Origin: Octopus vulgaris
Taxonomy: Eukaryota
Reading direction: 5' to 3'
Assembly: GCA_951406725.2 (NCBI GenBank)
Contig: OX597831.1
Location: 39,122,001 to 39,186,000 of the forward strand
Length of the DNA stretch: 64,000 nt
Part shown: one piece after another, positions 53,694 to 64,000 of the stretch
How positions within the stretch are numbered: the first letter of the stretch is position 1
Layout: the number at the start of each line of letters is the position of its first letter
The notes under the pieces: generated by a model
What the model was told of the DNA's origin: nothing
What the model saw: the letters and a program-made list of their open reading frames with translations, nothing else
Database searches by the model: none
Made by a program: the position numbers and the translations under genes

Positions 53694-54069
53694 TTTTTAT
53701 CATCTTCCATTCTTTCTCTTCCGCTATTTCTATCTTTTTAGTACAAATCCTGTTTTAACCAGAATGTAACCGACGGAGGCAAGCCACCGTCACTCTTTTC
53801 TTTACTTTTTTTTTTTTACATCTTTTTCAATTTTTTCTCTGACTCCGTTTCTGCAATAATTCGGTGGTCAGTGGTCGCAGTCATACCAGCAATGACCACC
53901 TCATGCAATGTTTTTCAACCGGGTTCCACATCAACCTTGGGAGTTCACATAAGATTTAGTTAAAACTTTCACGCAACAAATCAGTCATACTTCTATGATA
54001 CACAAAATATTCCAACACCTTACACGATTCCAAATCTATTTAGTTATAAAAATAATATTTAATGTTAAT

Positions 54070-54735
54070 TGTTTCTACTCTAGCCACAAGGGACTGAAAA
54101 TTTAGGGAGAAAGGGGTTAAACGATTATATCGATCCCAGTACGTAACTAGTATTTATTTCATCGACCACCAAATAATGAAAAGTAAAGTCGGCTTGGGCG
54201 GAATTTGAACTCAGAACGCAGCGGCAGACGAAACTCCGCTAAGCAGTTCGCCTGGAATGCTAACGGTTCAACCAGCACACCTCTTTGTAATAATTAGTAA
54301 TATGTTATAATAATATTTAATTATCATTTCTATTAAAGGAACAAGGCCTCGAATTTGGAGAGAGGGGACAGTCGATAAGACTGACACCAGTGCGCAGCTG
54401 GTACTTAATCTATCAATCTCGAAAGGTTGAAAGGCAAAGTTGACCTCGATGAAATTTGAACTCAGAACGTTGTGGCAGTCGAAATACCGGTATTTCCTTC
54501 AGTGTGCTAACGATTCTGCTAACTCGGCCCTTAATAATAATAATCTTTTCTATTCTAGACACAAGGCCCGAAATTTTGTGGGGAGGGGGGCCAGTCGATT
54601 AGATCGATCCCAGTAAGCAACAGGTACTTAATTTATCGACCCCGAAAGAATGATAGGTAAAGACGACCTCGGCGGAATTTGAAATGCCGCTTAGCATTTC
54701 GCCCGGCGTCTTAACACTCCTGCCAGCACGCCGCC
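54070..54735 (-). mobile_element. Three diverged tandem SINE B copies
   Basis: Core motifs at ~54125-54235, 54370-54490 and 54595-54710. Confidence 0.75.
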
Positions 54736-54742
54736 TTTAATG

Positions 54743-54812
<70 letters not shown>

Positions 54813-54826
54813 TGATAATAATAATA

Positions 54827-54857
<31 letters not shown>

Positions 54858-54858
54858 T

Positions 54859-54897
<39 letters not shown>

Positions 54898-55260
54898 CTC
54901 AGAAAATATAAAGGCCTACTCATTGAAATTGAGAAAATGTGACATCTCAAGGCGGTTACAATACCAGAGATCGTAGGAGCACTAGGAATGATCAAGAAGG
55001 GAACCATGGCTTACCATCCCTGCAAGAAGTGCAAAAGATTGTCTTAACTGGTACATCACCCGTATTGAGAAGAGCATTGTCGATGTGAGAACTACTACTA
55101 ACCATGTATTTTAATTTAACTTCTAAAAAAAATTTAAAAAATTAACGAAGTATTGAGTTTGGTTTAATGGCCTACCAATGTATACTATGAGTGTCTTTGC
55201 CCTAGGAGTCGGGAAGACACTCGGCAAGAAATGGAAGCAAATTTGAAAGAAGAAGAAAAA
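54898..55260 (+). mobile_element. 3' end of a second R4/Dong-type RLE retrotransposon in (TAA)n
   Basis: LRKYKGLLIEIEKM*HLKAVTIPEIVGALGMIKKGT/GLPSLQEVQKIVLTGTSPVLRRALSM*. (TAA)n on both sides. The 3' UTR differs from that of 191-397. Confidence 0.85.
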
Positions 55261-55896
55261 ATAATAATAATAATAATAATAATCATAATAATAATAATGA
55301 TGATGATGATGATGATGATGATAATGATAATAATAATGATAATAATAATAATAAATTAATTATAAGAATGTAATGGGATTTTTTAAAACATCGAATGTTT
55401 ATTAGCGACCACAGGATAACATGGGAATCAAGGGATTGCAAAGGTAAAAAGGGCTGAGAACCACTAATATAACGTGTCTTTCTTCTTTTGAGATGTTAGG
55501 GTGCGACTTTAGAACGACATATCCCTCTTCTCTCTGTCTTCCTCTTTCGTTTCTCTCTCTCTCTTTCTTCTTCTCTCTTCTTCTCTCTATTCTCTCTCTT
55601 TCTCTCTCTTTGGCTCTCTTATTCTGCCTCGTCTTCTTCTCCTCCTCCTTCTTCTTCGTCTCTTCCTCCTCGTCCACCATCGTCTCCTTCTTCTGCTTCT
55701 TCTCCTCCTCCTCCTCCTCCTCCTCCTCCTTCTTCTTCTTCTTCTTCTTCTTCTTCTTCTCCTTCTTCTGTTTCCTCTTCTTCCCAACCACCGCAGTCAA
55801 TGTCATTCTTGTATAAGAATAATATAAAACTACAGAGTAACCCATTAAATAAACATAAAATTGTTTTTATAACTAATCATAAAACAAAAATTATAT

Positions 55897-55950
<54 letters not shown>

Positions 55951-56048
55951 ACACACACACGCGCGCGCGCAATGTTAAGGATTCGGGAGAGAATCCACTA
56001 CACAAATGATAGTCAAAAGATTGGGTTTGCTGCTTGAAATTCTATATA

Positions 56049-56130
56049 TCATCTGATGAAAACGTATTTTGCAACGATGAAATGAATACATTCGGCCTAT
56101 TTAAAAAATGCGTTGAAACAGCTGTAATGA
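56049..56130 (+). ncRNA. Type I hammerhead ribozyme
   Basis: UCAU-CUGAUGA-a-AACGUAUUUU-[34 nt]-AAAAUGCGUU-GAAA-CAGCUG-UA-AUGA. Intact core, 10-bp helix II, palindromic helix III. Confidence 0.8.
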
Positions 56131-56168
56131 ACTGATGCTTTTCCATCGTTTGTTATTTATTTATTTGC

Positions 56169-56347
56169 TAGGAGTAGCTGTGTGGTAAGTAGCTTGCTTA
56201 CGAACCACATGGTTCCGGGTTGATTCCCAATGCGTGGCACCTTGGGCAAGTGGCTTCTACTATAGCATCGGGCCGACCAAAGCCTTGTGAGTGTATTTGG
56301 TAGACGGAAACTGAAAGAAGTCCGTTGTATATATGTATGTATGTATG

Positions 56348-56386
<39 letters not shown>

Positions 56387-56625
56387 TTATGTATGTGTGT
56401 ATGTTTATGTATATATGTTTGTGTGTCTGTGTTTGTCCCCGCAACATCACTCGACAACCGATGCTGGTGTGTTTACGTCCCCGCAAATTAGCGGTTCGCC
56501 AAACGGAGCCTATAGAATAAGTACTAGGCTTTAAAAAACTAGGCCCTGGGGTTGATTTGGTAGAATAAAGACGGTGCTCCAGCATGGCCACATTCAAATT
56601 CTGAAACAAGTAAAATAATAAAAGT
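56169..56625 (+). mobile_element. SINE family A
   Basis: Head to tail match. Confidence 0.85.
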
Positions 56626-56645
56626 GTGTATATATATACATACAC

Positions 56646-56688
<43 letters not shown>

Positions 56689-56760
56689 TATATATATACA
56701 TACTTAAATACATATACTTATATATATATAATATATATGTGTGTCTGTGTGTACATATAC

Positions 56761-56816
<56 letters not shown>

Positions 56817-56867
56817 GTATATATATATATATATATATATACATAATATATATGTGTATATATGTGT

Positions 56868-56903
<36 letters not shown>

Positions 56904-57398
56904 GTATGTATGTATACGCACACACACACACACACACACACACCTCTTAAACTATTAATTCCCAAATCTTGAAGACAACCACTACTATTAGAATGGCATT
57001 AGCTCGATGTTAGACGAGAGGACATCAAATGTGAAAAGTATTTTTTCTGTAGCTGCAATTCTCAACATAAAAACAAATATTCCAGAAAAGATTCTAATGT
57101 AGGTGGCTATGGATGTAAACAAAGAAAAGTCATCTTCAAAAGATTTGTCGAACTTCTGACATTACCGCTAAACCACTTTCTTAATATAACATCCATTATC
57201 GCTTTTCAACTCTAAAGGTTATTATCGTTGCTGCTACGAAGAAGAGGAAGGCACCGAGTAAGCATATTAAACGATACCCTAGGCCTTTGGTCCTTCCTTT
57301 ACAAATACAGCATGAGTTCAGCGACATAGGATTATGAATTTTCTTTCTGGAAGGAATTATTATAGCTTCCTCACGCACCCACTCTTTCTCAATGCTTC

Positions 57399-57458
<60 letters not shown>

Positions 57459-57829
57459 TATTTCTCCCTCGTTCTTTCTTTATCTCTTTGTATCTCTTTT
57501 CCTCGTTCTTTCTTTCTCTATCTCTCCTTCGCGCCCTTTCTCTCCTTCGCGCTCTTTCTCTCCCTCGCTCTCACACTCTCTCTTTCTCTCTTGGTTTTCC
57601 TTCTGTCTCTCTTTCACTTTCATTCTTTGTTTCTCTCTGAGTGTTTCTCTTTCTCTCTCTCTCTCCTTCTCGTCTTTTCTCTCTGTTTTCTCTCTATCTC
57701 TGTTTCTCTTGCATTCCCTTCTCTCTGTCTTTCTCTCCGCCTTTCTCCCTTTCTCTCTCTCTCTCTCTCCCTCTCCCGCTCTTTCTACCTCACTCCATAA
57801 TAATCCGAACAAGAATGTTTTCTCTCACC

Positions 57830-57877
57830 GTCTCTGTTGAAAAGATATCCATAATATTCCAGAAACAGCTGTAAAAC
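57830..57877 (+). ncRNA. Decayed hammerhead, same family as 43495-43542
   Basis: GUCU-CUGuUGA-...-GAAA-CAGCUG-UA-AAAC. Flanks (TTTTCTC-CACCG upstream, TATCTCATTCTG downstream) are homologous to the 43.5-kb element; A6 is mutated. Confidence 0.5.
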
Positions 57878-57939
57878 TATTTCATTGTAATGTCCTGAAA
57901 ACTCCTCTCAGCGTTGGCTTTGGTATCTCATTCTGTCTA

Positions 57940-57984
<45 letters not shown>

Positions 57985-58544
57985 GAAGGCTCCTTTCAGA
58001 TTTTCGTCAACTAAATTCACATTACAAGGTTTGGTCGCCCCGAGGCTATAGTAGAAGACATTTGCCCAAGATGTCAAGCATTGGGACTGACCCCGGAAAC
58101 AATGTGTTTGGGAAACAAACTCCTTACCACACAGCCACAGATAAAAAAAAAAAAGAATCGCTATAAATCCAGAGTTTCTCCAAATTTAATAGACTATTAC
58201 ACGTTTCAAAATCATTCACGCAAAAATATAAACTTTATCAAAGTTTAATGAAAACACTTGCTCCATAATGTGTCTATCTGGACGAAGCAATGTGAGAGTT
58301 TCACGGGCCAACAAGAATTCATTTTTGGCCTGGAATAATTTCCCAGAAACAGCCAAATATCCCCCTCGAAGTATGTATTAACGTTTTTAGAAAAGGAAAA
58401 GCTCTTTTATAATGCATTCCATCATAGTTCCTGGTCGATCAATGCCTTGTAAGTGGACTTTCTAGAAAGAAAGCACCTGGAAATGCGTCGTGTATGTATG
58501 TATATTCCTCTGTCTTCCCTTCTCGGGATCTTTCCTTCTCCTTT

Positions 58545-58579
58545 GTTTCCGACGAAGAGCTCCGCTCGAAACGTTAAAC
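58545..58579 (+). ncRNA. Minimal hammerhead with U4>C
   Basis: GUUU-CcGACGA-a-GAGC-ucc-GCUC-GAAA-CG-UU-AAAC; 35 nt, AACGUU palindrome. Confidence 0.55.
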
Positions 58580-58635
58580 CCTCGTTCCACATCCTCGCGT
58601 TGCTGTGTTTTTTTTGTGTTTTCTTGTTTGGATTA

Positions 58636-58691
<56 letters not shown>

Positions 58692-58845
58692 ATTTTATTT
58701 GTTAGGGAATAGAAATTCCGGCATAACCGGGGTTCAAATTATTCTCAATGAAGAAATATATATTTTCATTTAGAGATAGTAGACGCCTTCATCTGACCAT
58801 ATAAAAAAAGAATTTTTATTTTAAATACCTACTACTTTATAACTT

Positions 58846-58940
58846 GGCTACACGTGTTTCATGAGGTACATTTCCTGGTTCCTAAACCACTCCGTGTTTT
58901 GCTGGAACCATTCTTAAAATATAACCCCAATCATCAGGCC
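58846..58940 (-). ncRNA. Type I hammerhead ribozyme
   Basis: Minus strand: GGC-CUGAUGA-u-UGGGG-[...UGGUUCC...GGAACCA...]-CCUCA-u-GAAA-CACGUG-UA-GCC. Lies in a (TA)n-flanked insert at ~58690-58980. Confidence 0.7.
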
Positions 58941-58997
58941 TATATATCACTTTCTCATAGATCAATATGAAAATATTGAAAATATATACATATGAAT

Positions 58998-59050
<53 letters not shown>

Positions 59051-59099
59051 TTACAGAAATATATAAATAGAAAAATATTTAAAATACATATGTACACAT

Positions 59100-59146
<47 letters not shown>

Positions 59147-59173
59147 CATACACACACACATATATATGTTATC

Positions 59174-59255
<82 letters not shown>

Positions 59256-59955
59256 TGATTGCGTATACCTGTTCGTGCATGCGTATATATGCGCTTACCA
59301 CACACTATATGATAACAGGTGTTGGTTTGTTTACGTCTCAGTAACGTAGTGGTTCAAAGAACGAAACTGATAGAACGTGTACCAGAGTGTAAAAAATGTA
59401 TGTACTGGCGTTGATTTCTTTGACGAAAATGCTTTAAAGGCGGTGCCCCAGTATGGCCGGAATTACTGAAACCAACAAACTAATAAAAATATCGTCCGCT
59501 ACAAGATCGAAGTTACATCTCTAGTTTAAAGAAAATTTTTAATCATTGATGAAGTTTAATCCCAGACCTATTGGAATCTTGTAGACCTATGATCAAATGA
59601 ATTCCATCCGTGACCTTCCCGCATGCATTTTTGCGCACGATGTCAAAGTACATCATCTTAAATGTTTTTATGCTTCTTTCTCTTTGTGTTTGGTTTTCTT
59701 TTATGTTCAGGTGCGTATGAGTGATTTCAAGATGTGACTTCTATTTCTAGCAGAATGAAAGGTTCGTGTAGACGTTGCCTAGCTGTCTTGTACAAAAAAA
59801 AAAAGAACAGTAAAGAAGTAAATTATGGAGACAGATGACACTTATCGGTTATATCTCCTTTATATTGTATCATAGCTGCAAGAGCTAACGACAGATAAAG
59901 AGCTACGTGTGGAAACAAATGAATTTAAAAGTCTCTATATTCACTGACGCGTCAT

Positions 59956-59978
59956 GAATAATAACAATAATAATAATA

Positions 59979-60017
<39 letters not shown>

Positions 60018-60196
60018 GTGGATGTGGTGGTGGTGGTGGTGGTGGTGGTGGTGGTGGTGGTGGTGGTGGTGGTGGTGGTGGTGGTGGCAGTGGTGGTGGT
60101 GGTGATTCTCACTAACAATAATAATAATAATAATGATAAGAAGAAGTGGAAGAAGAAGAAGTGGAAGAAGAAGAAGTGGAAGATGAGGAAGAAGAA

Positions 60197-60239
<43 letters not shown>

Positions 60240-60425
60240 CAGAAGAAGAAGAAGAAGAAGAAGAAGAAGAAGAAGAAGAAGAAGAAGAAGAAGAAGAAGA
60301 AGAAGGATGATGATGATGATGATGATGATTAGCACTAATAATAATGAGGAGGAGGAGAAGGAGAAGATGGATGAGGATGGTAATAATAATAATAATGATA
60401 ATAACGACAACAGTAATAACAATAG
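59956..60425. repeat. Compound trinucleotide microsatellite (AAT/GAT/GGT/AAG/AGT)
   Basis: Direct reading. Confidence 0.95.
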
Positions 60426-61973
60426 AACAAGTGTAAATTTTCTTTTTTTTTTCATTTTTTTTCTTCGTTTAAAATATTATTTCACGTTTCGAAATATAAT
60501 TAATTTTTCATTGCTTCTCCACATCTATTCGTTCGTCTTCATTCGAAAAAAAGAACATAAACAATATGGGTTTCTAATATTTCATAGAAAAATTAATTAA
60601 ATTCTTTCTTTTGCTTTCGTTTTTTTTTTGTTTTTTGCTGGGGTTTTTTTTTTGTTTAGAGGATGTCATCTTATTTCATGTAACTAGGTATCTTGAAATA
60701 CAAAAGTACAATATTCTGGTTCTATTGTGAGATTCACTTTACGAGATAGCTTATGGTTTATCTTGCTTTCCTCTTAGTATCTCTTGCGACGCAAAAGACC
60801 ACATTTTATAAGAGTCGAATGAGGTGACAGAAAAACTGGGGTTTATAATCTTTTTTTTATATTTATTTACTGTGTGATGGAAATGTATTATATCGCACGG
60901 CTAACACTGAAGGGATACATAATTTACTTATAAGCCTTTAATATATTTAGTAGTATATCATGGTCGCTACGATGTCCCTACCAGTAATTCATATGTACAT
61001 ACATGTTGCCAGAAATGTGTTTAAAATGTAAAATTAGTATATACAACTGTGTTACACTGTTTAATTTAGTGGCTATTTAAGCAATGTGTTCATAAGTGGT
61101 TAATGGGTTCGATGTGGTACTGAAGAAAGAGGAACAATTCCTGAAATCTGTATATTTAATGATTACCTATTTTTCGATAGTATTGTTTACATAGACGTAA
61201 ACGTCGTCGCTTTAAGCGCTGTTTCTAATTTGTATAGAAAATCTACATAGATAACTTTACAAAGAGGAAATATATTCTATCTGATTCTTGAAATAGTCAT
61301 TGCAACTATAATACCAATTCCGTCAATGGGAATATTGACAGAGTAATATTATTCGACTCTTGAAATACAGCAAATAGTATCGATACCATGTTTCTTTAGA
61401 AGGTTATGAACGTGTGGTAAACATAATAATAATGCTTGATAATTTAATAATGGCTGGTAGCGCTAATAATAATGGGATGGTAGATTTAATAAATTTTGGT
61501 AGAATCAATCAGCGCCTAAAGATTTAATAATGATAGGTAGATTTTGTTAATGAGTAACAGATTTAATAATGACGTTATACATTTAATAATGAGTATTAGA
61601 TTGAGAATAGATAGTAGATTTAACATTGGTTTCAAATTTTGGCACAAGGGCAGCAATTTTGGGGGAGGGCTAAGGTGATTATATCAACCCCAGCGCTGAA
61701 CTGGTGTTTATTTTATCATCATCGAAAGGATGAAATGCAAATTCGACTTCGGTGAAATTTGAACTCAGAACGAAAAAGACGGACGAAGGGTTAAGCATTT
61801 CGTCCATAGTGAAAACGATTCTGCCAGTACGCGGCCACCATAGTAGATTTAATACTGCATGGTAGATTAAATAATGGCTGGTTAATACAATAAATCTTTC
61901 TACTATAAACACAAGGCCTGAAATTTTGAAGGGACTGGGTAAGTTGATGACAACACACCCTTCAAGTATATAT

Positions 61974-62005
<32 letters not shown>

Positions 62006-62057
62006 GACGATGATGACGACGACGATGATGATGATGATTCACATTAATAATAATAAT

Positions 62058-62133
<76 letters not shown>

Positions 62134-62154
62134 TTATTATTATTATTATTATCA

Positions 62155-62236
<82 letters not shown>

Positions 62237-62239
62237 CAT

Positions 62240-62778
62240 TGCCCTGATGCAGTACCAGGCAGTGGCTCTCATGGCTTCTGATTTTAACTGATTGGAAGTG
62301 TTAGCAAGTACGTTGTTTTAGTCTTGGTATAAAAGATGGGCTACAGTAAATATTCTGCTCAATACCACAGATTGGCTTGTCAGTTGAGCATGTCCCTTAT
62401 TGGCTGACGATATGTGCATCTCTGATCACGAGCAGAAGTAGTGGGGGAGCATCATAGCCATGTGTTGAGAAGGATTCATTGGGGTTTGAATAATTCACCT
62501 TTGGAAACATGGATGGTTCGTTCAGCATCCTTAAATAACCATTATTCAGGGACCTTTTCAGCGGGATGGGTTACTCGACCAGAAGAAAATTCTAACTGGG
62601 CCCAACCTGCAAGGTCATGTGCTGTTTATCTTGATATGAGATCAGCATGACACGCACATATGGTTGTGATGCATGTGCCTGGTGTACCCTTATCAGACGG
62701 GCTTTCATGATGGGTATACTGGGCTTCGTATATTTTTACCCCAGAGTCACTTTGATAGCATACACTGCTCTCTCACTC
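62240..62778. mobile_element. Family D element, copy 3 (inverted relative to copies 1 and 2)
   Basis: Reverse complement of 555-1180 and 31600-32153; ends CTCTCTCACTC(AAT)n. Confidence 0.8.
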
Positions 62779-62831
<53 letters not shown>

Positions 62832-63290
62832 TAAGATGAAGAAGAAGAAGAAGAAGAAGAAGAAGAAAAAGAAGAAGAAGAAGAAGAAGAAGAAGAAGAA
62901 GAAGAAGAAGAATAATAATAATAATAATGATAATAATAATAATAATAATAATATGCCAAGGGTTTAACATTTTGCCACAAAGCCAGCCATTTCGTAGGAG
63001 GTTATGAGTCGATTACATCGAGCCCTGTCTTAAGCTAGTGTTTATAGTCTCGATTGCCCACCATTATAATCATCATCAGTTCACCATCTCCATTATCATC
63101 ATCATCATCATCAGTAGCAGCAGCAGCATCACCATCAACACCATCGTCATTGTCGTCGTTATTTCCTCCATCCGTACAATATACAGATATATCTTCCTAT
63201 AAAAGGAAAGAAAACTAGTTTTTCTTACTTCTAAAGGTCAGCCTTACTTATATGTGTAAAACAACACAGCGACTCGTATATACACTCACA

Positions 63291-63357
<67 letters not shown>

Positions 63358-63662
63358 GCACCTGCTAAATTTATATGTGCCTATCCATGTGAATATATAT
63401 AAGTATGTCTATGTCTACGTATCTATATATTGATATATATGTGTACGTGTGTGTATGTGTGAGTGTATATATACGGACACGTATGAATGTATAAGTATAT
63501 ATATACGTATATGTATATATAAATATAAACACGTATATATATACTTATACATGTATATCTGTATATATATATATATATATATATACATACATAAATGCAT
63601 ATATATATATCTATATGCACATAATGTATTAGGCAAACATATACACACAAACACACACACAC

Positions 63663-63710
<48 letters not shown>

Positions 63711-64000
63711 TTATACAATATATCTACATAGGGCACATACGTACATACACATATACGCACACACATTCAAACAAATTAAGTACACTAGTCCGTTCTGATG
63801 TCAGAAAGAGTGTTCCAGTATCGACTTGAATTTATACACTTAAATGCCAATATCTTAGCCAATTATACAGATATATTTTACGTTTGTTCGTCGATTTTTC
63901 GTTTATTTTCGTTTCGATTCTTTTCTCCTTTTTTCTCTAACTTCATAAGTTTTATATTCCAATTCCTTCTTTCAGTGTTTCTCTAGCCATGAAATTAGTT

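Noticed and set aside
55402-55845. K/E/R-rich ORFs (also 57480-57812)
   Set aside because: Translations of polypurine/polypyrimidine low-complexity tracts.

Overview
AT-rich, repeat-saturated animal DNA (intronic or intergenic). No host protein-coding gene, rRNA, true tRNA or CRISPR array can be supported, and nearly all ORFs in the track are microsatellite translations. The SINE families and the microsatellite load look like an octopus (cephalopod) genome; this is recognition from memory, not a search result. Content: three tRNA-derived SINE families (dozens of copies), a full-length but broken mariner plus two deleted ones, a hAT/Charlie-type MITE with an 8-bp TSD, a non-autonomous Helitron, CR1/L2-type LINE ends, 3' ends of restriction-like-endonuclease (R4/Dong-type) retrotransposons lying in (TAA)n or (TACA)n, and a Penelope-like GIY-YIG fragment. 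The main signal that the ORF track misses is RNA-structural. By eye I find about 13 intact or near-intact and about 5 degenerate type I hammerhead ribozyme motifs from roughly ten unrelated sequence families, mostly in short elements embedded in (TA)n and often arranged as foldbacks. Highlights: (i) a near-identical 490-bp tandem/inverted array at 21283-23607 with one complete GUC hammerhead per unit (retrozyme-like, could release ~490-nt monomer or circular RNAs); (ii) a hammerhead with a swapped G3-C8 core pair at 8303-8424; (iii) a perfect 134-bp palindrome built from two back-to-back hammerheads at 23738-23871. All folds were assigned manually and activity is untested. Element boundaries next to microsatellites are approximate.
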